41,176 bases of DNA from a virus (Duplodnaviria > Caudoviricetes): positions 1-41,176 of the IMG/VR virus record IMGVR_UViG_3300017707_001413; one strand, written 5' to 3'. Positions 18,452 through 27,152 of the stretch are shown piece after piece. The translations under genes were made by a program, and so were the position numbers. Position 1 is the stretch's first letter. Every line of letters begins with the position of its first letter. The notes under the pieces are model-generated. The model had not been told where the DNA came from and did not search any database. It saw only the letters and a program-made list of their open reading frames with translations.

Positions 18452-20844
18452 AGCATTTAACGCGCGCCTTGCTGATCGTTTTTAATGTGGTAAGCGCAAC
18501 TATGGCTTTCGACAGGGGGTCATTGATCTTGGGACTTATCAATTGCGCCGCTGCTGGTCTTCTTCTGGTTATATCGATGTTAAAGCACTCCGGCGTTACC
18601 CCATTGCTTTTGATTGGATGCCTGATTTTTGCATCCACTAATCCGTCTCGCGCCGCCGTGGGCGATCTGATCGGGCTGGAAGTTGAAACCAACGGCTGGG
18701 TTCTGCGCGCCACAATCGCGGGACTGAACACCAACGGGATGTTTTACAACGGATTCCTCACCAACGGCACGCCGAGCACCACGAACAAGCTCACGCTGCA
18801 CGTTGCGGGAACAGGCTACAACTCTGCACTCTCTCAAGTGGCAGTTGGCCGAATCCTTTACGCTACAAAACATCTTCGCTTCCCTTATCCGCTGGAGCAA
18901 ACCAATGATTTCAACGCACAGGGTTCGGACGTGGTGATTCGGGTGGCAATGACTGAATACGTCTGCGCCGGAGACACCGTGACAGCGACCGCGCTGGCCG
19001 GATATTTCGCGAGCACGAACGGAACAGGGACGAACGCTAATGCCTTCACCGCGCAGACCGTGACGAACTCCTCCACGCTGACGAGCCCGACACCGTTCGG
19101 TAAATGGGCCGTAGTCCCCATGCAGCAGATCACGAACTCCACCATGCGCGTGAAGTCGTCCGACTGGCATTGGGCTGCACGCGATGGCAAGCCGGTGGCA
19201 GCGGTGAAATACACGGCGAACGACGAGCACTCAAACACCAACACCGTAACGGTCACTTCGTTGACATGGGATGCTGCGTTGCGAGCGGCGGTCTATGTGG
19301 CGGACCTCAACATCAGCACCTTTACCAACGGAGACAAGATCGCGATCAATCGCACCGTCTATCCGTGGATTGGGACGAACCTTTTCCAGACCACGAACGG
19401 AGCGCACGTCACCAGCCCTTACTACACGCTTACCAATCTCGCGGACCATCAGCGGCGCTATGGAAACTCTTATGCGCTGGTGGATGCGGCGAACGGTTCA
19501 AGCTCAGGCGTCGCAGTGAGTCACACGAACTGGAATCCGTCCGCTGTTCCCGCTCCATTCCAAACCATCGATCAGGCTCTCGCCGCGTGCCGACTCAGCA
19601 ACTCAATTTGGTTTGCGCATTCGGATGTTGGCGGGGCCATCGTGGTCCTGACGAATGGAAGTTACACCTTCACGGGCGGCGGAAGCAGCTACGGCACGAA
19701 TGCGAGAACGATGTCCACCATCACCCGGCATCCCAGCGCATCACGCGCATTGACGATCATCGGGAACCAAAGTGGGAATGGTGACGCGGGCTATTGGGTG
19801 CGCATCAACGGCATCAACAACACTAACAACTCGTCGCTCAACTACTGGTGTGCGGGCGGGTTCACTTGGTGGGACGACTGCCTGATTAACGCGCTCTGCA
19901 ACGGGCTGGCCTTTCAATACGGAGAATATGCGCAGTATGTGACGAGCTGCACCATCAGCAACAACCCTCAAGGGTGGCGAGGCTACTCCACACGAAGCGC
20001 ACCCACGCCGCTGTTTGCTGGGAACGATGTCGGGATTCAGCAGGGCGGAGACGCCTATTGCATGATAGGGAATGTCTTTTTCGATCAGCGAGACTCTCAA
20101 TGGGGTGACACGCACAGCAGCTCCCCGGACCCTAATGCCGTCGGTGGAATATTTTACAACAACAACACGTATCGCGGGAACGCTTCGGCCAGCGCGTTTG
20201 ATCTTCACCAAACCAATCTGACTGGCTACGCGATGGTTGGAAATGTCCATGAGGCGACGAACAATTCGGGCATCGTTTGGACGGTTTACGCAGACGGAAT
20301 CACCAACACCGCCACTCAGATTTTGCTCTGGCAGAACACGATTCTTGGCCAGCGGCTGAACTACAATTACAACGACTCGCAGGTGACGGCGGTTAACCGG
20401 ACCTTCTTTTCTCTCAGCGGAAATTTCATCGACGACTACAACATCAAGAGCGACACATTTAATTCTGCTCCGGCGCCATCTGGAAATCGAATTGGAAACT
20501 GGGCCTCGTTGTTTGGCGTGATGCAGAACAACAACGCGAAAGCCGAGACGACCGGAATAGGGGCCGCTGGTTTCCTGAACACCACCATCTCGGGGTTTGA
20601 AGGACTCTACACGACCTTCAGCATTGGAGACACCAACTGGCCCGCCTTTCGCAATCGTCTGGCGTTCGACGGTGTAGGTGCTCGGCTTGGAACGGGTGAC
20701 TACAAGCTGCGGCAGACTTCGCCGATGTTTGGAATCAGCGGCCAGCGGCTCATCAGCCACGATCTGATCGGAATACCTCGCGGGCTCTACGACCCGCCGG
20801 GCGCTCACGCGACAGGCAACCCAAAAGCGGGAGGTTTCTTTTGA
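18448..20844 (+). CDS. Large secreted/membrane protein with probable beta-helix domain
   Basis: GTG start overlapping the upstream stop; hydrophobic N-terminus; 'PFQTIDQAL', Asn-rich repeats, C-terminal DYKLRQTSP..DLIG..PGA. Confidence 0.6.
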   Translation: MKHLTRALLIVFNVVSATMAFDRGSLILGLINCAAAGLLLVISMLKHSGVTPLLLIGCLIFASTNPSRAAVGDLIGLEVETNGWVLRATIAGLNTNGMFYNGFLTNGTPSTTNKLTLHVAGTGYNSALSQVAVGRILYATKHLRFPYPLEQTNDFNAQGSDVVIRVAMTEYVCAGDTVTATALAGYFASTNGTGTNANAFTAQTVTNSSTLTSPTPFGKWAVVPMQQITNSTMRVKSSDWHWAARDGKPVAAVKYTANDEHSNTNTVTVTSLTWDAALRAAVYVADLNISTFTNGDKIAINRTVYPWIGTNLFQTTNGAHVTSPYYTLTNLADHQRRYGNSYALVDAANGSSSGVAVSHTNWNPSAVPAPFQTIDQALAACRLSNSIWFAHSDVGGAIVVLTNGSYTFTGGGSSYGTNARTMSTITRHPSASRALTIIGNQSGNGDAGYWVRINGINNTNNSSLNYWCAGGFTWWDDCLINALCNGLAFQYGEYAQYVTSCTISNNPQGWRGYSTRSAPTPLFAGNDVGIQQGGDAYCMIGNVFFDQRDSQWGDTHSSSPDPNAVGGIFYNNNTYRGNASASAFDLHQTNLTGYAMVGNVHEATNNSGIVWTVYADGITNTATQILLWQNTILGQRLNYNYNDSQVTAVNRTFFSLSGNFIDDYNIKSDTFNSAPAPSGNRIGNWASLFGVMQNNNAKAETTGIGAAGFLNTTISGFEGLYTTFSIGDTNWPAFRNRLAFDGVGARLGTGDYKLRQTSPMFGISGQRLISHDLIGIPRGLYDPPGAHATGNPKAGGFF

Positions 20845-22829
20845 GGTTCATTGCGCTGTTATTCCTGTCCGCTCAGTTGGCTGGAGCCGCCACTTACTAT
20901 GTGGACTTCGCTGGCGGAAGTGATGCGGCGGCTGGCACCTCCACTGGCACGGCTTGGAAGCATTGCCGAGGAGATGCGAACGCGACCGGCACCGCAGGCA
21001 CAGGAAGTCTCGCCGCTGGCGACACGGTGAACTTCAAAGGTGGAGTGCGTTACTACGGACTCATCTATACCTATGCCGGAACACTTGGTAGCCAGCTCAC
21101 TTATCAAGGTGACGCAGCGGCCCACGGGTGGGGGACAGGAAAGGCGATTATAGATGGCAGCGCGGCTCTCAGCATGACGGTTTGCTCGGCCAATGGGACC
21201 AATGCCGGGCAGGTTCCAAACGCGAACTTTGCGAACATCTACTACGCGACGAAGCCAAGCTCCAACGACTGGCGAAGCCCCATCATCGAGAACGATGTGC
21301 TCCTCGACATGGCGACAACCTCGACCGGCAATCCGTCTGGGTTCTTCATTGCAAACACCGATTACTTCACGGCCATCATCAGCGGTATCACTGCGACTGC
21401 CTGCACGGATGCGGCGGCGTTCAATCAGTCGGATGAATACCACTGGATCGGGGCGCGAATCATGTATCACGTCTCCGGGGCCATTGGAGGGAACCAGATT
21501 ACCGGATTCAATCCATCCACCGACACGGTTTCCTACTCCAGCAACGGGATTCCCTATCTCGATTCCAACTGGGACGGAAAGTACCATTACCAGATCGCGA
21601 ACAGTCCACGCCTCATCACGCGGGCTGGACAGTATGCGATTGACGATCTGCGGAACCTCATCTTCGTTTGGCCGCTTGCGGATGCGGCGGCGGTTCGGAT
21701 TGGCCAGCTCATCGGCGCGTTTGAAATCGGCGGAAACAGCTACGTGACCATCGACGGCTTCGTGACAACGGGCCAATACGGGACAAGCTACACCACGGGC
21801 CGCGCCATTCGCAGCTCGAACTCGACCGCAGTGAACGGAGTTGTGATTGCAAATTGCGATCTCAAAAACGCGGGCGATGGGGAATCTACACAGTCAAGCG
21901 GCACGACGTATCTTCGCGGAGCGGGGACGACCCTTAGCTATACTTCAAACTGCACCTACAACTTCCTGCACGGACGGGGAGCACACATCACTGGCGTATT
22001 GACTGCGGTGAAGGACTGCTATTTCGAGAACGTGGACGGGACGGCGGTCTATACGCAGAACTATTCCACTGAGGAGAATACGGACGGAGAGTTCAGCGGG
22101 AACACGATCACTAACTGCTACGGGGTTCACATGAACGGGCTGACGGTTTACGGAGGGTCGGGCGGGGCTTATTATGCCAAGCGGTGGAAGGTTCAACGCA
22201 ACAAGGTTTACGGCTTCGTCCAGCGACAAGGGCCGGGTGGTATCACGGCGCAAGGGTTCTGGGATTTGGAGATCAGCGGCAACCTCATCGAAGCGGATCA
22301 AGGAATCCCGATTGACGACCCCGCCGCTGGTTCAACCTACGTTCGCATCTTCAACAACACCGTCGTCGTGCCGGGAGACACGCAAGGCAGCGCATCGGCG
22401 GGCTGGATTCGGGTCTATAATCTGACAAACAACACGCTGCTCGATTTCCGCAACAACATCTGTCACGGGCTCGTCATCGGCGACACTGACAGCAGCGGGC
22501 CGATTAGCTGGCCGCGAGTGGCGCACAGTTACAACGTATTCACCGGGCTTAGTCCGTCGCAGACCGCACCGAACGGATGGGCCATCGCGGGCACTGAATC
22601 AACTACAACGCGGTCGGCGGCGTTCACATTGGCCAGCTCGCGAGACTACACGCCGAAAGCAGGCGGGCCGTTGCTCAACGTGGGGACTAATCTTTCCAGC
22701 TTCTTCACGCTGGCGTTGAACGGAACGACTTGGGCCGAGCCGTGGGATGTGGGCGCGTATGAAGGCGCGAGTGTCCAAAACAACACCCCGCGCACCCAGT
22801 CATTGCGCATCGAATTTCGACCACGATGA
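20841..22829 (+). CDS. Secreted right-handed beta-helix (pectin-lyase-like) protein
   Basis: MRFIALLFLSAQLAGA|ATYYVD..GSD..GTS...AWK; parallel beta-helix Asn ladders; C-terminal WDVGAYE. Confidence 0.75.
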   Translation: MRFIALLFLSAQLAGAATYYVDFAGGSDAAAGTSTGTAWKHCRGDANATGTAGTGSLAAGDTVNFKGGVRYYGLIYTYAGTLGSQLTYQGDAAAHGWGTGKAIIDGSAALSMTVCSANGTNAGQVPNANFANIYYATKPSSNDWRSPIIENDVLLDMATTSTGNPSGFFIANTDYFTAIISGITATACTDAAAFNQSDEYHWIGARIMYHVSGAIGGNQITGFNPSTDTVSYSSNGIPYLDSNWDGKYHYQIANSPRLITRAGQYAIDDLRNLIFVWPLADAAAVRIGQLIGAFEIGGNSYVTIDGFVTTGQYGTSYTTGRAIRSSNSTAVNGVVIANCDLKNAGDGESTQSSGTTYLRGAGTTLSYTSNCTYNFLHGRGAHITGVLTAVKDCYFENVDGTAVYTQNYSTEENTDGEFSGNTITNCYGVHMNGLTVYGGSGGAYYAKRWKVQRNKVYGFVQRQGPGGITAQGFWDLEISGNLIEADQGIPIDDPAAGSTYVRIFNNTVVVPGDTQGSASAGWIRVYNLTNNTLLDFRNNICHGLVIGDTDSSGPISWPRVAHSYNVFTGLSPSQTAPNGWAIAGTESTTTRSAAFTLASSRDYTPKAGGPLLNVGTNLSSFFTLALNGTTWAEPWDVGAYEGASVQNNTPRTQSLRIEFRPR

Positions 22830-23230
22830 GACTAGCGATCATAATCGTTTCGGGGTGCATGTTGAAGGTTGCAGGTTGGTCACAGCCAATGCCTCGCGCT
22901 GTGAAGTTCGCCTGGGATGCGCCGCTAACGCTAACGGACGCCATTGGCTACGAGCTGCAATGGGGGCCGCAACAGACCGCCCAGCTTCCGCTGCACATTA
23001 CGGAATTCACGGTGGACAATTTCCCGCTGGCCTTCAGTAAGCCCGTCACGGTGCGCACGCTGGGCAATGGCACGAACTCTGAGCCGGTGGAGATTCGCAT
23101 CTTCAATGTGATCGCGAACTTTGAGGAGGATACCGGCAGCGGCTGGGCCGTGGTGGAGACGGCGCAGGTGACGCGTGAGGTAAAATCAAACGCGATGATT
23201 CGCGTCAGACTTGAAGGAAATTTACAGTGA
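22826..23230 (+). CDS. Secreted FnIII-like protein
   Basis: Signal-like N-terminus; VKFAWDAP..GYELQWG pattern. Confidence 0.55.
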   Translation: MRLAIIIVSGCMLKVAGWSQPMPRAVKFAWDAPLTLTDAIGYELQWGPQQTAQLPLHITEFTVDNFPLAFSKPVTVRTLGNGTNSEPVEIRIFNVIANFEEDTGSGWAVVETAQVTREVKSNAMIRVRLEGNLQ

Positions 23231-23262
23231 CAACTAACAAAAGCGAAAGGGAAACAGGGGAC

Positions 23263-23502
23263 ATGAGCGAATCAGAGCTGAATGAGAAAACGAAACTGCC
23301 GCTCGGCCTTGTCGTGGCCTGCATCGGCGCGTTCCTTGGCGGCGCTCTCTGGATAAATAACTCGCTGAACAAAATCGACAACCGGCTCGCTGCAATGGAA
23401 GCACGGGTTTCTGACCGATGGACCGAAAGCGACATGCGCATCTGGACAATGCAGTTGAGGATGGACAACCCGAATCTCAAGATTCCAGAAAGGGTGAAAT
23501 GA
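23263..23502 (+). CDS. Small single-TM coiled-coil protein
   Basis: LPLGLVVACIGAFLGGALWI followed by LNKIDNRLAAME. Confidence 0.55.
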   Translation: MSESELNEKTKLPLGLVVACIGAFLGGALWINNSLNKIDNRLAAMEARVSDRWTESDMRIWTMQLRMDNPNLKIPERVK

Positions 23503-23753
23503 ACGAACAAACTGAAATTACCGACAAGACGACCATCACCCGCAGCGAGCCAAGCGCGGTGGGAAACGTGTCCATCAGGGCATGGCTGGCAGTCCTCATC
23601 ACAATCACAATCTGCGCGAACTGGACCGCGAACATGGTCATGGCAAGTCTTGGTGTCACGTCCACAAACATCACCATTCCTGAGCCGCTTTACTCGGCGT
23701 TTATGATGGTGCTTGGGATGTATTTCACGCAGGCAACCAGGAACAAAACGTAA
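23499..23753 (+). CDS. Putative holin (2 TM)
   Basis: Two hydrophobic helices, ending MVLGMYF + basic tail. Confidence 0.5.
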   Translation: MNEQTEITDKTTITRSEPSAVGNVSIRAWLAVLITITICANWTANMVMASLGVTSTNITIPEPLYSAFMMVLGMYFTQATRNKT

Positions 23754-23769
23754 CAAGAGAACATCAAAT

Positions 23770-24261
23770 ATGAAAACACTCCGAACTATCTGCCTCGTGC
23801 TCGTCACGCTGGCAGTTATCAAAGTCACGACGCGCGCTGCGTCGATTCTCGATTCAATCACGGCGGCGCCGGTGGCGGCGCTGACTTATCCGGACCTCAC
23901 GGGCTCGCCGACGTTCTCATCGGGCGTGGATCTCGGGGTGGGGATCAACAAGTTCGTTTCCATTCACGCCACGGCGATGGCGAGCGAGGCGGAGGACTGG
24001 GGCGGCAGCGTGATTGACGAGTCCGAGCTGTATGGCAAGGCGACGTTCGCAAAGTTCGCCAAGGAAACCTTCACGCTCTACGGCAAGGGTGGAGCGGTGC
24101 GCGATTGGGGTGAAGACCTCTGGGGCTTCGGCGTGGGTGCGGGCGTGGAGCTGCGTCTGGGCAAGCGCGTGAGCCTGGCCGGGGATTACACGATCCGCGC
24201 ATGGTTCGATGATCGCGAGAAAGACGGGCAGGTGCGGGCGTTGCTGAACTTCAAGTTTTAA
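23770..24261 (+). CDS. Outer-membrane beta-barrel protein (Lom/Ail/OmpA-like)
   Basis: Signal peptide, alternating amphipathic strands (GFGVGAGVELRL), terminal BAM-type motif LNFKF. Confidence 0.75.
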   Translation: MKTLRTICLVLVTLAVIKVTTRAASILDSITAAPVAALTYPDLTGSPTFSSGVDLGVGINKFVSIHATAMASEAEDWGGSVIDESELYGKATFAKFAKETFTLYGKGGAVRDWGEDLWGFGVGAGVELRLGKRVSLAGDYTIRAWFDDREKDGQVRALLNFKF

Positions 24262-24297
24262 GCCGTCACTCTTAGCGAATTTCATTAATATTGTTAC

Positions 24298-24334
24298 ACT
24301 CGGCCCCGCTATTGCGGAAGCCGAGTTTTCTTTT
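24298..24334 (+). terminator. Rho-independent terminator ending the late operon
   Basis: ACTCGGC-CCCGC-TATT-GCGG-AA-GCCGAGT then TTTCTTTT. Confidence 0.65.
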
Positions 24335-24380
24335 GTCCGTAAACGACTTACAAACAATCGCAAAAAATGCAAAATAATTA

Positions 24381-24410
24381 TGGACACATCGCAAATTGTG
24401 CGAGACTATC
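24381..24410 (+). promoter_or_regulatory. Putative early promoter with palindromic operator
   Basis: TGGACA followed by TCGCA-AATTG-TGCGA inverted repeat, in the AT-rich intergenic region before the Cro-like gene; -10 is weak. Confidence 0.4.
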
Positions 24411-24422
24411 AATGGCAACGAA

Positions 24423-24599
24423 ATGAAATTCTACGACATCATCAAAACCAAACGCCAGAAACTCGGCATGACTCAAGCACAGATGGCGACCGCAATCGGT
24501 GTCTCGCCGCGAACGCTGTGGGACTGGGAGGCCGGTCAAGAGCCGGACGAACTCAAGAAGGTTGGAGTGTTGGCGCTTTTGAAAAAGTTGAAGAAATGA
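24423..24599 (+). CDS. Cro/XRE-family HTH regulator
   Basis: IKTKRQKLGMTQAQMATAIGVSPRTLWDWEAG. Confidence 0.85.
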   Translation: MKFYDIIKTKRQKLGMTQAQMATAIGVSPRTLWDWEAGQEPDELKKVGVLALLKKLKK

Positions 24600-24736
24600 A
24601 AAAACCAAACTCAAAAAGATGCCGCGAGCTAATGCGGTATTGGGCGCTGAAATGGCGCACGTCGAGACTGGATTTCGATCTCGGGACCGCCGTGGCGTTG
24701 CGCAACTCGGTGGAGGTTTGGAGGATGCAGGAATGA
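24596..24736 (+). CDS. Hypothetical protein
   Basis: ATGA-coupled on both sides. Confidence 0.45.
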   Translation: MKKPNSKRCRELMRYWALKWRTSRLDFDLGTAVALRNSVEVWRMQE

Positions 24737-25026
24737 GCGAGTTGAAGAAAATCATACGAGACGAGGCCGGTCGGAGGCTGGAGGCGAGCCGGAAAGGAAT
24801 CGGAGCGCGGGCGGCGTGGGAGGCGCACGAAATGACCAATGCCCAATGTTCAATGACCAATGACCAAGGCTCGATGTCCAGGGCGGAATTCGAGCGGCAG
24901 GAGGATGAGCGCCGGGATATATGCAGCCGCGTGGGGCTTTGCCTGTGTTGCGGGGAGCGCAAGCGAATTCCGACGCATTGGCATGTGTGCTTGGAATGCC
25001 ATCAGGGATTGGAGTCGGAGCGGTGA
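24733..25026 (+). CDS. Hypothetical zinc-finger protein
   Basis: CLCCG..CLECH; contains an internal CAATGAC heptamer repeat. Confidence 0.5.
   Translation: MSELKKIIRDEAGRRLEASRKGIGARAAWEAHEMTNAQCSMTNDQGSMSRAEFERQEDERRDICSRVGLCLCCGERKRIPTHWHVCLECHQGLESER
24831..24870 (+). repeat. Heptamer repeat (CAATGAC-like)
   Basis: AATGACC AATGCCC AATGTTC AATGACC AATGACC AAGGCTC; a related array lies at 28411-28445. Confidence 0.75.
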
Positions 25027-25034
25027 GCGGGATT

Positions 25035-25064
25035 CGTAAAACGTGAAACGTGAAACGTAAAACG
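25035..25064 (+). repeat. Heptamer repeat (AAACGTR)
   Basis: CGTAAAACGTGAAACGTGAAACGTAAAACG; same unit at ~26910-26932 and 36990-37012. Confidence 0.8.
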
Positions 25065-25066
25065 GA

Positions 25067-25333
25067 ATGAAACTCCACGTTACATTGAACGGTCAGCCGG
25101 CGGAGCTGGAATTATCGGCGGAGGCGATTGCGGCGGTGCGCGGCGCGGCGGCGGGGGAGACGGTGATCGAGGGTTACAAGGGATTGTCGGTGGCGCTGGC
25201 GGGGGCGGGGATCAAGAAATCTCCGAAGACGCTGGAGCGTTGGTGCATGGCGGGGAAGCTGCCGCACACGCGGTTTTCGAGGAGGCCGAAGTTCGTGCTG
25301 TCGCAGGTAGTGCAACGAATCAAAGGAGAATGA
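25067..25333 (+). CDS. Excisionase/MerR-like HTH DNA-binding protein
   Basis: KSPKTLERWCMAGKLPHTRFSRRPKF winged-HTH pattern. Confidence 0.65.
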   Translation: MKLHVTLNGQPAELELSAEAIAAVRGAAAGETVIEGYKGLSVALAGAGIKKSPKTLERWCMAGKLPHTRFSRRPKFVLSQVVQRIKGE

Positions 25334-25429
25334 ATGACAACCATTTTGATCGGCGGATTGCTGGCGGCGGTGGTCGCAATCGTTGTTCTCAGCGCTGCCA
25401 TGATCGCAAAAGAAAAGGACGACGAATGA
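25334..25429 (+). CDS. Small single-TM peptide (31 aa)
   Basis: MTTILIGGLLAAVVAIVVLSAAMIAKEKDDE; ATGA-coupled to the lysozyme-like gene. Confidence 0.5.
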   Translation: MTTILIGGLLAAVVAIVVLSAAMIAKEKDDE

Positions 25430-26058
25430 ACGATTTCGAGCATGACAAGGAGTTGCAGATTGCGCTGTTGAAGCATCATCCGGCGTTGAAGCATCAGGGC
25501 ATTGATCCATTGTGGAGATGGATCGCGATCATCGGATGGATCACGGCGTTCGGGCTGATGGTGATCGCGGCGAGGGGGGAGGAAGTGACAGGGGAAAGGT
25601 TGAAAGTTGAAGGTAACCTGCAACCTGCAACCCGCAACCTGCAACCTGCAACCTGCAACCCGCAACCGAAGACTTTAATCACGGAACGATTCCTCGACGC
25701 ATTGGAGGAAGTCGAGAGCGGCAGGGATGCCCGCGCTGTCGGGGACCACGGACGGTCCCTGGGCAGCTATCAATTTAAGGCGGTGGCCTGGGCCCAGGTG
25801 AATACCTTGCGCGCTGCGCGGGGGCTTGGGACGCGGTCTTATCTTTTCTACGCGACGCACCGGGTCACCGCCCGACTTTACGCTCGCGAGTATCTCGGGT
25901 GGCTCGAATCCCACATGACCCGCGCGCTGCACCGTTCACCTACCCGCCCCGAGCTTTATGCGGTGTGGAATCTCGGTCCTGCGGGATTCCGGGCGCGCGG
26001 TTTCGATTTGCGGAAGTGCCCGGCGCATGTGCGGAGGGCGGGGGAGAGGTTGAATTGA
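25426..26058 (+). CDS. Lysozyme-like / lytic transglycosylase with N-terminal TM
   Basis: ALEEVESG..AVGDHGRSLGSYQF and WNLGP motifs; TM WIAIIGWITAFGLMVIAA. Confidence 0.7.
   Translation: MNDFEHDKELQIALLKHHPALKHQGIDPLWRWIAIIGWITAFGLMVIAARGEEVTGERLKVEGNLQPATRNLQPATCNPQPKTLITERFLDALEEVESGRDARAVGDHGRSLGSYQFKAVAWAQVNTLRAARGLGTRSYLFYATHRVTARLYAREYLGWLESHMTRALHRSPTRPELYAVWNLGPAGFRARGFDLRKCPAHVRRAGERLN
25615..25668 (+). repeat. Heptamer tandem repeat (AACCYGC) x7 inside the lysozyme gene
   Basis: AACCTGC AACCTGC AACCCGC AACCTGC AACCTGC AACCTGC AACCCGC AACCG. Confidence 0.9.
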
Positions 26059-26099
26059 AGACAGACACGGATTGCACGGATGAACACGGATGAGAACCA

Positions 26100-26456
26100 A
26101 TGAGCAATTGGGACATGATAATAACGATTTGCTTGATGCTGGCCGGCGCGATTGCCGGGGCGGCGATCATGGCAGTAACCACAACAGACCAACAAAGGAA
26201 ACAACACATGGCAGACATCACCACGCTCCTCGCTTTGGCGAAGGAGAACAACGGACAGGCGAAGAAGATTCGCGCGGAAGTCTTCGGCATGAAGACGGCG
26301 CTGGATGGGCGGATCGCGGCGCTGGAGAAGCTGATCAGCGAACTGACGATCACGCCGGAACAGCTCGCGGCCCTGGAAGCGGAGTTGACAGGGGCAAAGG
26401 AAACGATTGCGGAGATCGATTCACTGAACCCGGACGCCACGGAACCGCAGGCTTAA
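26100..26456 (+). CDS. TM + coiled-coil protein (possible i-spanin; alternative start 26208)
   Basis: Hydrophobic N-terminus then a long coiled coil; follows the lysozyme gene. Confidence 0.45.
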   Translation: MSNWDMIITICLMLAGAIAGAAIMAVTTTDQQRKQHMADITTLLALAKENNGQAKKIRAEVFGMKTALDGRIAALEKLISELTITPEQLAALEAELTGAKETIAEIDSLNPDATEPQA

Positions 26457-26470
26457 ACAAAAAACAAAAA

Positions 26471-26503
26471 TCCCGGTGAGGTGCAGGAAACACTTCACCG
26501 GGA
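26471..26503. terminator. Stem-loop with A-tract on its left (possible minus-strand terminator)
   Basis: TCCCGGTGAGGTG-CAGGAAA-CACTTCACCGGGA. Confidence 0.45.
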
Positions 26504-26526
26504 CAATCAACCGAACGGAACGAAAT

Positions 26527-26790
26527 ATGAAATCAACCGGACCAAAGAACAAGGGCAAAGCGAAGGCATTGCCGAAGGACGCGCCGATAGTGAAAGCGAA
26601 AAGCGAGGCGGTGGGACTGCTGGTGGACGCGGCATTACGGGCGGCAATGCTCACGAAGACATTGCGCGAAGCCCACTCGGCGGCGTGCCATGAAAACGGA
26701 TTGCTGGCCATGGTGTTGCTGGGTCGGCTGGAAAGCGCGTCGAGTCTGCAACGCAAGATCGAGAACGTCCGCAACTGCGTAAACACATGA
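26527..26790 (+). CDS. Hypothetical protein
   Basis: ORF with plausible start in the early operon. Confidence 0.45.
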   Translation: MKSTGPKNKGKAKALPKDAPIVKAKSEAVGLLVDAALRAAMLTKTLREAHSAACHENGLLAMVLLGRLESASSLQRKIENVRNCVNT

Positions 26791-26832
26791 GCAATTCAAT
26801 CGAGCGGGAGCGGACGGGAGCGGGGGGGGACG

Positions 26833-26932
26833 AAGCTCAAAGCTCAAAGTTCAAAGCTCAAAGTTCAAAGCTCAAAGTTCAAAGCTCAAAGTTCAAAGCT
26901 AAAAGCTCAAAACGTGAAACGTAAAACGTAAA
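26833..26932 (+). repeat. Heptamer array (AAAGCTC/AAAGTTC) x~11 followed by AAACGTR x3
   Basis: Alternating AAAGCTC/AAAGTTC units, then AAACGTG AAACGTA AAACGTA. Confidence 0.9.
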
Positions 26933-26939
26933 GGACGAC

Positions 26940-27152
26940 ATGCCAAGAAAACATAATGCAGCAACGGAATGCCTGCTCGCGGCGGCGCGGGTGCATGAGG
27001 TGGCGGGGACGCTGATCTTTGAACGGAAGGCGGACGCGCGCCAGATCGAAGCGGCCGTGGTGCAGTTGCAGAGGACGAGCGACACGCTCTTGAAGCTGCA
27101 AGCCTCGGAAAAGGCGGAGGCTTTGGAACAAGGAAAGGACGACAAACTATGA
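26940..27152 (+). CDS. Hypothetical protein
   Basis: RBS AAGGA, ATGA-coupled to the ATPase gene. Confidence 0.5.
   Translation: MPRKHNAATECLLAAARVHEVAGTLIFERKADARQIEAAVVQLQRTSDTLLKLQASEKAEALEQGKDDKL

Noticed and set aside
14476-22829. Diversity-generating retroelement acting on fibre genes
   Set aside because: No reverse transcriptase and no template/variable repeat pair was seen.
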